A stretch of DNA of 64,000 nt from the NCBI GenBank assembly GCA_977016875.1, contig CDRNST010000354.1:124001-188000 (forward strand), written 5' to 3'. A model generated the notes under the pieces. That model ran no database searches. It had not been told where the DNA came from and was given only the letters and a program-made list of their open reading frames with translations. This stretch comes from Pavona decussata (Eukaryota). A program made the position numbers and the translations under genes. Positions 47,098 through 59,255 of the stretch are shown here, in pieces (the first letter of the stretch is position 1; every line of letters starts with the position of its first letter).

Positions 47098-49541
47098 AGA
47101 TTCCAATAGCCCTTGCTAAAATCTGCTTTTTGACATAGTCATAAGCCGCGCAAGAATACTTTTGTATTAGTAGGCACCGTCCTTAAGACGTTTGATTTAT
47201 AAATCTTTCCAAAAACTAAAGCTGAACTGCATAGCGTTGCTCAAAGACTATAATGAGCAACAAAATGATGCTATACACCTGCATGATAAGCTCCTCACAA
47301 AATTTCGTTACATACAACGGAAATTACATCCTTTGGCCCAAATATCCGTCCCCCCCCCCCCCCCCCCTTTCCTCGTACAACATTGAAAAACATTCCCCAA
47401 AAACTGTCTTCCTTGTAGAACCAAACTTTTTACCGTCGCAGGGGGATGTTGAGGGTTGAAGAAGAAGAAGAAGTGAGAAAAAGAAGAACAAGAAGATGAT
47501 TTGTTCGAACAACAGGGTGGTTTATGATGTGTAGCAACTATTTCTGTCGATCAATGTAGTCTTCTACTTTTAGCAACGTTGCCAGATATGATGGGAAGTG
47601 TAACATGTGTTCTACAACGTTTCTCGCAATGCTGTCGCTATCGCTGTGTTCCAATTAAATTATTGAAAAGAAAATTAACAGCACCTTAAAAAGTGTCTTG
47701 TACATTTTGGTGTGAGCTAGGGTACAAAATTTGACCTTTTGCATTGCGAGGAAACTCAGTAGCTTTGATCATTTTTTTAACTTTGTTCGGAAGGAAAGGA
47801 AAATGTTCTAGGAACTGGTTCATAAATAGGATATATGGAAAACCACAAGTTGAATGTTTGAAACAGGATATGGAAGTCTGAGATCTACCAGAAATTCATA
47901 AAATTACCCCTTGTCGTCGATCTGTCTTCTCAGCCTTTTGACAGTTGACTCATTTACTTTCCTTCTTACAGAGTGTCGTGATCTGGTTCGCAATATGTTG
48001 AATCCGGACCAAAATGAACGGTTCTCTGCGGAGCAGGCCTTTCGGAGCCCCTGGTGTAGCAAGGCCCTTAAGTATCATCCCAATCTGCGTTATTTGGAAG
48101 AACATCTCATGCCGGTGCCCGTACGTAAACCATCAGAATGTGCTCCTCCTGAGACAGATGAATTTGGTAAGAATAAACTAGCTACTTTCACCAGTAATTT
48201 TACCTAACAAATAAAGCAAATGAGCACTGCATGTGAAACCAAAGCTTGCTGTGCTATTTTCTTTTCGATTTCATTGACATTTAGTCAGTGGAAATATTCA
48301 TTCAAGCTAGCTGAAGTCTAAATTATACAGTTACGTTTAAAGATTTCGTATCACTTTTACGAGAGGGCTCGAGTGTTGTTCTTTTTACTGTAACTGTTAA
48401 AGTACTAAAAAATTCATTTGGATAGATACAACCTTTAATTTGTTCAAGGTAATAGATTAAACAACACCGCAAGAAAGACTGAGAAAGCATCATTGGTTTG
48501 CCTTTAAATAACCACGCAACGTGTCTGATTTTATGGGGTTAAAACTGGCTTGTACTAAACAGTACCAAACTCTTAAAAACATTTCATTCACAGCCCCAAA
48601 CTTAAGAACGCACTGGACCAGCAACCACTATTTATATCAAGAACATATCATCGTATCAGTCAGCTAATTTTTTTATCCTTCTCTTTCATTTCTCAGACGA
48701 GGAATGTTATCCAGTCGAGGTCAAACAAGTCCACCCTAAACTCGGACAAAATCCCAAGCTGGTCACGTGTTTCACTTTCGCAGCCAGCTCCAGTCCCCCA
48801 AAGCATAAGAATGACCAGGGCCGGCGTCACACTATTTCTGGGTTCGAGATACACGATAAAAGTCATCGATTGAATCTGCGCGATGACTTGTTACGAACTT
48901 TAGCTAAAAAGGAGGCAAAATCACTGCACAAAATTGAAGAAGAAAAGAAAGCGTTGCCTATTGAGTCTTATAACAGGCATCGGACAAGGCGACGCAGTAC
49001 TATTGTAACTGATGTATTAAAAGAAGTGACGCCGCCGAAGGAAGCCAAGGATCCCAAGGAAAGGAAACCTTCGTTAGTAACCGACGTTATCAAGTTTGAT
49101 CAAAAGAGCAAGGAAAGACCCGGTTCCTTAATAGGTGCAAATGTAAACTTGCACGGGCCACCACAACCACAGCCTCGACCTGAAACACAGCTGCAGAGTC
49201 CAAAGAGTCATTTGGAGGGTCCTAAAGCGCCCGCGGTTAATCAGCGCACGGAAAGCCCGAACACGCGCATTCCAGGCGGGCGTGACTCGCGCTTCAAGGA
49301 AATCTCAAAGCTCAAGTATACGTCTGCGGCAAAAGCGGCCAAGATGGCTTTCAAAGAGGCGCATATTTCAATGCAAGCCAATCGAAGGCTGTCTCTCCAA
49401 GCACCCGATCATTACTTGACAATGCAAACGATGGTTAAGATACAAGGGATAAAAGATAACATTGAAAAGGAGCCAAGCGCTAACACAAAGTTTGCAAACT
49501 GGCAGAAGAAATTCCAAGTAGGTTTGAAACAAGACACCTGA
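43638..49541 (+). CDS. TSSK: Testis-specific serine/threonine kinase family protein with long C-terminal tail, about 600 aa
   Basis: Exons 43638-43910, 44853-45093, 46490-46738, 47972-48166 and 48697-49541, all GT-AG and in phase. GEGAYAKV, VAVK, KKFLPRE, HRDLKCEN, DFG, TFCGS, DVWSMGVVLY. Family-level call only. Confidence 0.9.
45721..46400 (-). mobile_element. LINE 3' fragment with (AACTTG)n tail in TSSK intron 2
   Basis: (TTCAAG)n, hairpin CACTGCTCGC...GCGAGCAGTG, then degraded RT C-terminal-like coding sequence. Confidence 0.6.
46791..47182. mobile_element. Kolobok-type MITE in TSSK intron 3
   Basis: GTAA|GGACGGCGCCTACT ... AGTAGGCACCGTCC|TTAA; internal inverted GGGGGTAGCCA/TGGCTACCCCC. 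Confidence 0.75.
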
Positions 49542-51599
49542 ATCACAGTCTTTCCTGTTCGCTCTTTGTCAGCGGCTCGTACAATGAATGATTAGTAGAG
49601 GAACAAAGTGTCCCTTTTGGTCACGTTTCCTAATGCTGACCTGCAAAACTCATGTTTACTGGCTTACATTTAGAGAGAAGGGGCTTAAATTTCAAGTGCA
49701 TTTTATTGACAAATGAAGTAGAACCTTTCAAAGATTTTTTCCCAGAAGAGTGAGCCGCTCGTTTTTGCTGATACTCGACGGAACGTCATAAGTTCCCCTT
49801 GAAATTAATTAAGCTTTATGTGCTTAATACTACAATTCTAAGCTAGGCCGACTTTCAGTGTTAAATGTTACAAACTCTCTTGCAATAATAAATAATTTCA
49901 AAGCAAACTCTGTCGTTATTAGTTGCTCCGGGACATGTTCCTTCCTATGAACTGCTCATTTTCATGAAAATAAAAACTACTGTCATGGGGACCAAAAGTT
50001 GCTCTCGGCGTCATGCCCCCATGCAGGATTCGAACAGTAGCCAGGGATAACTTGAAGTCCTTCACTCTCTTCCCTAGACTTTGACCCCTTTTCTTTAGGC
50101 CAGCGCCAAGAGCGCTGGTCAAAAGCGGCAACTACACACTGATTATGAGCCGGAGCAGATGACCTCTGCAACAGGAACCGCCCACAAGCTATAAACAAGT
50201 CCCTGAAAACACAGAGAGGGGGATGGGGGGGGGGGGGGGGTGGGGGGGGGGGAGCGGACCGAAGAAGTATTCTGGACAAGTTGCTTCCTGTTCGACAATT
50301 GAGCAAAAAAAAAAAAAAAAGGAAGAAATTCGACATACAAATTCTACAAAGCAACATATTTCAACTGTTTATTTTAATTCAATTCGAGTATAACTTTGCC
50401 TTTCAAATACAGTAGCCACCACCAGTTTAAAGTACTTCTGTTATTTACTGTTGATTTTTGTTTATGTATATTGGCTTATTAGAAAAACAATTTTCCCAGG
50501 AGCTAAATAAAATAGGGCTTTTGGCGACTCAACTGGCCATTTCAGTTCGAGAAACCATTCCTTTGATTGGTTTAAAACGTTTCACAGACAAATAATTTTA
50601 TCTTGAACATCAACACGAACAGGTTGGAGAGAAAAATTACTACACTGATACCGTTTTGAAATAGAGGCAAAGTTTGTGCCTACTCAGTAGGCAAATTGAT
50701 CCAAGCAAGCGTTTCTTTAAATATACGGTAGTCTTTGAAGATCCATATCATTTAATCAAGATTAAGATGGATTTAACGCTACCACAAATGCAGCTTCAAT
50801 CAAGTTTCACATTAACTTTGAAGCAGAGAGCACTGCTAATGTACACAGTGAAATTTCACTTTCAAGCAAACGAACCGCAATTTAATTCCGTCTGTGGGCT
50901 CGGTTCATGATAAACGTACTAACAGCCAACATAACCTCAGGGAATGATGTCAGACAAAGGATAGATTAAGAAAAACTAAATTAGCGTGCAAAACGTTATG
51001 AAGCGATGAATTCAATGATTGAAAACACCAATAGTGCTAATCCGCCAATTCAACTTGTAGTGAGGCATATTGATGTGCACGTGAATTTTGACTACGAGTT
51101 TTTTTTACGTTTAAGAATACTTACAGTCACAACGGATTTGAAAATTACTTAATGTTAGCTGCTTGAACCATAAAGAGTTATTTCGTGTTACAGAATCCAA
51201 ACGTACTCTACTTTTGAGGTGACTTGGCAATTCGCCATGTCTATGCAAATTTGCGTCCATCTTTTTACGCCGACACAGACGAGTTTGATTGACTCTGCTT
51301 CTTTTTAATGGAATATACAATTACTGCACAACCGATATTTTAGACTGAGAAAAGAAACAATTTTCAAGATCTAACATTTTGTTGGTCGCACTGACATCTA
51401 ATTTCATGGAGGAATGGGAAGATTAGATATGATAGGGCGGGTGATAGGGATAGTTCTATACAATAATATAAGCCAGCCCAAAGCTACGCAAATGCGACTT
51501 GTCATATCAGTTATAAACAGCATAACCTCATTCATATGTCAATATACATATAGCTATGTCTAGTCTTCCACCAGAAACGTCTGTTTTGTGGATAGCATT

Positions 51600-52973
51600 T
51601 CAATTTATGAAATCAAGGAGTTGAATCCTGCAGTTGAGTTTATCAGTGACTACAATTTTTCCTTGTGGGCTCACAGCCACGGCTTCCGGTCCAAAAAACT
51701 GGCCCCTCCCCTCTCCACTGGTGCCAACCTGGCTCACCATCCGACCGTCAAGAGAGAACACCTTCACGCAGTCATTGCTGTAGTCACAAACAATTAGATA
51801 CCTGTTCTTGTATACTGCAATTCCTGAAGGCGCGTTGAAGCCGTCTCCAAACTTCCTCACAAACGTGCCGCGAGTGTCGAAAACCTTAACACAATCGTTG
51901 TCCGTGTCAGCGACGTAGAAACGTCCGGCGTGGAAAATTGCATAGCAGGGGTAGTTCAGTTTTCCTGGACCTTTATTTCCAAACATAAATAGAAAATTTC
52001 CATCGGGGTCGAAAACCTGGATGCGGGAGTTCATTGTATCAGTTACAATTATACGGCCTCGACTGTCCACTGATACCCCGTGGGGTCCCCTGAATTGCCC
52101 CTGTTCTTTGCCTTGTCGGCCAAAAGCGCGAAGAATTGTACCGTCTGGAGAGAGGACTACCACCCGGTTTCTCGCTTTTTCCGCTATTAACATGTTCCCC
52201 GCACGATCACAAGCGATCCCAGCAGGGGAGATGAATGCAAACCGCCTCCCGCTCTCCCTCGAGTAGTGGTCATGAACTCGAACGATCTGTCCTTCGTTGG
52301 ATAGCACTTGCAACCTGTCGTTATTGTAGTCTGCCACAATGATCTCTCCTTCTGGGTTGAAAGCCACTCCAACTGGTTCGTCAAACTCTCCGAATGCTTC
52401 CCCTTTCTGTCCAGTATTGAACAACAGTTTGTACAATAGCAACTTGGATGATGTTTTTGCTCGAGCATTTTCTGTATGGACACCCGCATCGCGTTTGTCA
52501 CGAATAATGGTGATGTTATGCATCTCAAAAATACCATGTTGCGTGTTTAACTGGTTCTTAAAGCCCGACAATGGCTTTGTTTGCGGTAAGGTCGATTGAA
52601 TTGCCAAACAACTGTTGATACCAATATCCTTCCATGAGATATCATTGTTTCTTGTTGTCGTTTCATAAGTTTCGCAGACAGCATCTTTAGGATAGTGATT
52701 GCAATAAAACGGAGTGTCTTTCGGCTTTCCGGTATTATCGTCTTTGTCAGTCTCATCAGCAACTGAGTTGCACAGACTCGTTTTGATTTCCAACATACTT
52801 TTCGGGGTAATTAAACTCTTGGCCATTTTCTCTGAGAAGCCAGAAGGAGAGCCGTTAACAGCCGCTAAAAAATCAACTGGATTTGTCGTAGTGAGCTGTA
52901 ATGAGCCCGGTGGAATTCTACGTTGCAGCATATTTTCGCGAATGGAGTTCAACACTTTAAGATTGTTCGGCAT
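51600..52973 (-). CDS. Intronless NHL-repeat protein (TRIM2/3/71-like beta-propeller, no RING or B-box), 457 aa
   Basis: Six NHL repeats (FDEPVGVA, SPAGIA, FRGPHGVS, LNYPCYA, FNAPSGIA, FFGPEAVA, each followed by IV.D..N.R/C); ATG in AAAATG context. Confidence 0.9.
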   Translation of the reverse strand: MPNNLKVLNSIRENMLQRRIPPGSLQLTTTNPVDFLAAVNGSPSGFSEKMAKSLITPKSMLEIKTSLCNSVADETDKDDNTGKPKDTPFYCNHYPKDAVCETYETTTRNNDISWKDIGINSCLAIQSTLPQTKPLSGFKNQLNTQHGIFEMHNITIIRDKRDAGVHTENARAKTSSKLLLYKLLFNTGQKGEAFGEFDEPVGVAFNPEGEIIVADYNNDRLQVLSNEGQIVRVHDHYSRESGRRFAFISPAGIACDRAGNMLIAEKARNRVVVLSPDGTILRAFGRQGKEQGQFRGPHGVSVDSRGRIIVTDTMNSRIQVFDPDGNFLFMFGNKGPGKLNYPCYAIFHAGRFYVADTDNDCVKVFDTRGTFVRKFGDGFNAPSGIAVYKNRYLIVCDYSNDCVKVFSLDGRMVSQVGTSGEGRGQFFGPEAVAVSPQGKIVVTDKLNCRIQLLDFIN

Positions 52974-55662
52974 TTTCTGTTTCTCAGACTGTCGCCGAAT
53001 GACTGGATTAACTTCTCAACTCAAGCTCATCTTTGCACTGTGAACATCGCTGTGTATCTACGTCATTTTAAACTTGGCACGTTTGGAGCTCAGCCAGTAA
53101 AATGGTTACTAGACGCAGGTAAAAAGCAGTGTCGCTTAGCTGGAAGCAATAAAATGTAGTGAACGCTTCAAATTAGCTTTGGTCGTTACACCCACCCTTG
53201 ACCCGGTTATTGTTAAAAGTGACTCCATTGTTAGAACACTCAAATCTGATTGGCGAATGCATATTTCATCGGATTATTTTAACGTAGACTTATTAAAAAG
53301 AGAAGAAAAAGCTGTTCATTATTGTCATCAATCGTGTCGTTGAACCACAAAATGTTTTGTGACAGAATATGCAGTCCCAATGGGGTGCTGAACCGACAAC
53401 CCGAAGATGGAAAGAAAAAAAATGCAATAACAATGTCTAAAGTTTAGAGGAAAACTTAACAATTACTGATGCAACATAAAATGTGCAATTGAAACAATGA
53501 CTGCGGTGTTGAAATGCGCTTCTGAAAATGTGACCGAAGCCAGCTAAAAAGACTGGCCCCCTGTGGTTAAAACGGAAATGTACAGAAAGCATTGAGTCAA
53601 AACTTATCTGTGAACTGTTTCAGCGTTTCAAGGCAACTGACCTGAATCGATAAAGATCTAAGCCTACTGCCTTCTAGTCTCGAAATTCACTGTTTAGCTT
53701 GAAGTTGTTAATGTTTTTAAATATAAACTTTAAAGTGAGGTAAATAGTTTGAGTGCTGAATAACGTTGTTAAATTCCCTTTTGTTTCATTAGTTTACATA
53801 TAAAAGTAGGAGCGTGCAAAACATTTATTGTTCAATAAACAATAGCGACATTAGGATTTGTGGACCAATAAAGTGCAGGATAAAAACCGTTTTAATTGGC
53901 ACTTACTGTTTATGTTTTGCCGTGTTCGTGGCTAAAAGCGTGCCTCTTCTCGGCGGGTTATCGAGGTTTGAACTCGGTTGAAACCGAGCGAACATGATTG
54001 GCGTAAATGTAGATAACTAGAAAGTGACAGTAGAAGGAATCCAAAAAACGTGCACAGAGTAACAAAGTGTAAAGAAATATCTTGCAAAACTTCTTATAAA
54101 GATTTTGCTCACTTATAAAATCGACTTGAAAAATAAACGTCTAACTTCCAATCCCCATGGCCCAACGCACAACCATCCGTCCTCGAAAATGACTGATTCG
54201 TTTCTCGCTATAAAGTGCTAACAAGCTGGCACTGATGAGCAGTTAATTAAAAAGCCGATGAAAGAGCTATGGTGTCGGAGAACCAACTAGAATGGAAAGT
54301 GATCCAAAGCAAAGTAAATTGTTGAAGAACGCATTCTTGTGACATTGTTTTGAAGGGAAGGCAGTGATGTACTTCCCCCCTTGATATACGAGGGATATAA
54401 ATAAAGTTTATGTCAATATTTGTCTAATCAAAAAGCAATGCTGACGTCAAGTTGTATAATGGTATTTAAAGCTCATGTCAGTATTGTGATGGAAAGTTGG
54501 CAAACGCTCAATAGACAGGGCAAAATTGTGACAAAATGAATTTGTAACATGATGACTGTGTACAGTGTCTCCGCGAGCCATCAGTGTTTAAAATATTTGA
54601 ACTTGTTTTAATTGCTAGGTTGTGTGGGCGTGATTGTGAAAATCTGTTTGTCGGCACGGCAGGGATTAGAAATCGATAGTCTAGGTGTCTCGAAAGGATT
54701 ACTGCAAAAAATAAGTGTCGGTAATTATGGTTTGTTGCATATTTGGTGGCGAAAGAAAGCAAGCATAAACGCACAATTCAATGGACAAAAGGCCAAGTCA
54801 TGCGTGATGACTGTACAAGCAAAGTACAAAGTACAAAAACGGGTGTCAGTTACCTCGAGTCAAAATACGAATGACTTACCATAATTAAAAAAAAAAAAAA
54901 AATTCTAACCAAACAATTTTAGTTCGTACAAATGAGTTGCACTTTGTAATTTCAAATAGAAGAAAGATCCTCGCAGTTAGTACGCAACTTACGCAGTTGC
55001 GAACAGAAAGCCTGAAAAAAAAAATTGATTAATTAATTTGCATCCAATCTAGATCTGTTTGGGATTTTAAAATTTTTAAATGTAAGAGCTCCAATAACTG
55101 ATTAATTAGTCACTTAGAGGACGGGAAACTAGGATAAGGCGGGAATTTATCAAATCATCTTATTTTGTACGAAGAATGCATGTGAAACACGATTTTAAAT
55201 TTACGATTCACGTGAATAAAAAAACCTCGTTCTCTTTCAGTCATTGCGACCAGAAAGCCCAGCGAGACGGGAAGCGTGAGAAAAGCCTCAACAAAATTTA
55301 TTTTGAACTTAATTTTACTGACCTTCACAGGAACAAACTTATGCTGGCAAAAAGAGATATTCTTTGGCCAGAATTAACGTCGGTTTTTCAGTTAATTAAG
55401 GATTACAGTGCAAGCACGTGCACGTGTGGTACACGAGGCACGTAGCAAGTAATTCACGAAAAGTTTACCCTCAATGGAAAGAAAAGACACAGCAGATTAT
55501 CGCACGTGAGCCACATCTCTCCGTCTACCCCCAACCTTTTTTCCATTTCATCAAATCATGCAAAAAAAAAAAAAAAAAAAAGAAAAAGCAAGGTTGATTT
55601 TACGGTAAGGGAACTATATTATTCCAATATTTCGAAAGCCACGGCCTTTCTTCTTCATGGTA

Positions 55663-55818
55663 CAGTGGAACCTCGATTTAATGAAGTGCTAAGGGAAATT
55701 AGTTCGTTATATCGAGGTTCTGTTCCACATATTTTAAAATTCCGGGCCGAGACATATACATCGTTCGTTATACCGAGGACTTCGCTATATAGAGGCTCGT
55801 TAAATCGAGGTTTTACTG
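55663..55818. mobile_element. pogo/Tigger-like MITE
   Basis: TA|CAGTGGAACCTCGATTTAA ... TTAAATCGAGGTTTTACTG|TG. Confidence 0.75.
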
Positions 55819-55857
55819 TGTTACAGAAACGTACTGACTGTAAGGCGAAGACGATAC

Positions 55858-56253
55858 AATAGCCCCTTCTCTAAAATGGCGGCCGAAAATTCAAATAAGT
55901 TAAAATTAAAAACGTATACCAGCACTAGAAAGAGCACTTTTACTTTAGTAACCCTGTAAAGACTCAGCGTATTAGGTGTAATATCAGCTGAGAAAATGTA
56001 AGTTGAAAAATGAAAAATTTACAGACGTTTGTATGACTGGGGGTATGACGTATACCCCCAGTCATACAAACGTCTGTAAATTTGTCAAATTTCATCTTAC
56101 ATTTCCTAAGCTGATATAACACCTAATATGCTGAAACTTTGCAAGGTTACTAAATATAGGTGCACTTTTCAGTGCTGGTGTCAGTTTTTCATTCAGTTCA
56201 ATTTTAACTCATTCAAATATGTTCCCATGCACCATTTTGGAGAAGGGTCTATT
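55858..56253. mobile_element. About 395-bp fold-back (whole-length palindromic) element
   Basis: AATAGCCCCTTCTCTAAAATGG / CCATTTTGGAGAAGGGTCTATT ends; arms pair along their length; perfect 32-bp central stem. Confidence 0.85.
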
Positions 56254-56276
56254 GTAAACAAGAGGGAATCCAGTTA

Positions 56277-56690
56277 GGGGGTGTTTACATGTGAAAACTC
56301 GCACCGGTGCGAGTTTGATACCGGTATCATATTGTGATTTCATACCGTGTTTACATGAATGGACAATTCATGTCGACCGAAGTGATTGTGACGCCATATT
56401 AGATTGGATGTCGAAGACCGCGCTTGCGCTGCCCGTTCCAGACTCCCAGGAGAGTGATTTCATGCTGGAGCGAACGGCCGCATCGCGTTTACATGACATC
56501 GGAATGAGTTTTCGTACCGGAATGAAAATTTCGCTCCACTACAGTTACCGGGGTGAACTCACACCGGTGTGACTCGCTCCGGTATGAGATTTTGTGCTGG
56601 TGTCATGTAAACGAATACAGGGCCACAAGAGGGAAACGGAGTGAACTCGTACTAGAATGAAAGTCGCGCCGGTATCATGTAAACACCCCC
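56277..56690. mobile_element. PIF/Harbinger-type MITE
   Basis: TTA|GGGGGTGTTTACATG ... CATGTAAACACCCCC|TTA. Confidence 0.9.
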
Positions 56691-58312
56691 TTAGATACCA
56701 CTAATAACATAAGCTTAAGCAAAATAACTAAAGTAAAAAAAAAACTAGCAAAAATATTACAGTTTGGTGATTTGAAAATGCAACTTGCCAACTGAGGCAT
56801 GAGCAACTGAAAATAGCTTATGTTACAATGTAGAAAACGCAAATAAAAAGCGTTAAATAAGAAATTTGAGAATGCAACAGAGCCTTGGAAGTGAATATGA
56901 AATAACAATATGCTATTATGTCAATTGATGCTACGTTCAAAGTGCACCAAAATAAATTTTTAGTTATATTTTGAATTTACGCTTCAATTTGGATCCCAAC
57001 CGATGGGCCATCGGTTGTTCGCCGCTGCACAAGTTTGCCCCTGTTTCCCATCCCGCGGGAATCCCGCTGGGAGACTCCTGCCCGTTCCGGAGTTCAAATG
57101 GCGAATGGGGCAAGTTTTTAAATTTAAATTTCATTTTCATCAGAAATTGGAGTCCATCAAAAGAAAGATCACAGAAGAACTAGTCAGCTGACCAAGTTTG
57201 AGGTTCTGTCGTTAGATTTCAACCATATACATGTGGCGGTTTTCAAAAATCTGAAAAATTAGAGACTTTGTATGGATTAATATTTGGGCGACACCATCTA
57301 ACTGACATTTGTATGGAATTTGGGCGACTTTTGACAGGTCACAGCCTAGCCTGGTTACTACGCAATGAAACATAACCAAACTTGGTAAACTTAATAATTT
57401 TTATGAGAAATTCCCAGACTGCTTCAATCGCCGTTTTTTTCATTATCAATTTTCGGCGGCAATGCTCCGAGTTCCTGACAGAATTCCAATTTAAAAGTGC
57501 GGAGATGAAACTTGACCTGGCGGAGAACTCAGCTTGCTAGCTTGGTGCGTGGGACAAACAGTTCGGCGCTGGGCAAGTTGAAATCCGGTTTTCCTCGATC
57601 ACTTGTTCTAGTAGCTCCCCAGAGGTAGCCCAAGATTTAAACCACAGTGATCAACCCATCCATATTATTATAGAATTTGTATGGTGTTTCTTTCGTTACT
57701 AAGTGCTTTTACCGCGCTGTTCACAGGCCTTAAATGGCCTTGCAGGGACAGTAAAACGCTTTTATGATAGAAAAGCGAAGCCCCTGCTCATCACATACTG
57801 ATTACGAGATGCGCTTTTGCTTGAAGGGAGGCAGTTGTTATCAAGACCACTTCAACTGCTAAGCTCAAACATCTCGGACCTTACTCAAGATCAATGTACT
57901 TGTATTGTACTCTCTGCTCTTGCCAGAGCTTCCGGTAATATGTACTTTAGCTTATATATTTTAGAATTATCTATATCATATATCCTTGTACCTATTTTTT
58001 TTTTTACCTAATCTGTGTTGATTTAATTTTTTCTCTTAATTGGTTTCTATTTTAGTGCTTACTATACACGTTCTGTAGCCGAACCAGTATAGGCTCTTTA
58101 CAGAAAATGCATAATAAACACTTAACTAGAAACCAATTGAATAAAACTTACTTACGGTTTACTTGAAAACGATATTCCATCGAACTGATAATCGCTTTGC
58201 GACCGAAGGCGGGAAGATAAAGAGACTTGAGTTTCAATCGAATTGTTTATTTAAATAACAGAAATTAACCCTGACATAAATTATTGTTTGTAAGATTTCC
58301 TGTTTCTGAATA

Positions 58313-58652
58313 CACTCTTTTCTTTTTGTAAGAATGTTGTTTTTCCGGCCCACACTGAATATTCTTATATTTCTGCCGATTTTAGGCTGAAAACATTCTT
58401 GTATTATTCTTAAATATTTCCGTTTTAGAATGTCTTTGAAAGAAATAATTTATCATGACACTTTTTGCAGTTTAGTTCATTTCTTTTGTGCTGTGGCTGT
58501 ACATATATGTATTACATGCACCATTCATCACAAACATATCCTTTTCAATGCAAAATCTCAGCCTCGGGTTTATTCTTAAAATATTCTTAAAAAATTTTGC
58601 GAATTTCAGCCTCGATATTCTTATAAAATATATTCTTATATAAAAAAGAGTG
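58313..58652. mobile_element. Tc1/mariner-type MITE
   Basis: TA|CACTCTTTT ... AAAAGAGTG|TA with TATTCTTA repeats. Confidence 0.7.
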
Positions 58653-59011
58653 TATTCCAAATAATTAGAAACCATCTATTCCATTTCTCTCATGATCAGT
58701 AAATAACCCTGATACCCAAACAACGGGTATTTTCATTTAGTTATATTTGCATACCCTTTGTGGCGGCATCGTAGATGTAACCTCCTTGTGGGTATATAAC
58801 GATCAACTTTAGTTACAATAATAACAACTGAATAGTAACTGTTCATTTCTATAGCGCATTTTTCATACCAAAATGATCAGATGTGCTTTGCACAAAAAAA
58901 TCCTGCATCTAATTAACTTCAAAAGCTGAAAATAACTTAAAACTCACAGAGTTAATTGTCGCAGACTCTTGATTTTGATAACCAAACGACAGACGACCAG
59001 TCTAAAAGATT

Positions 59012-59255
59012 TGGGGTTAGTTATTAAAAGACAGTTCAGACGGTGTTTATCAAAACCACGTTCTAAACCATTTTCAATTTTGCCAACAGTCATATTGAAA
59101 CATTACCTGCTGCTAACGGTATCAAGAAGGCTTGTATCCCAGACTAGAAAACTATTTATCTGCTTAAAATAAACCACTTATAAACAGATTTGGAGGCCCA
59201 CTGATTGTCTTAAACCGCGGCCTAAGTTAAGACTCTGTTTAAAAAACTGGTCCTT
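59012..59255 (-). repeat. Dispersed repeat, inverted copy of 37890-38116
   Basis: Reverse complement matches the 37.9-kb copy. Confidence 0.8.
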
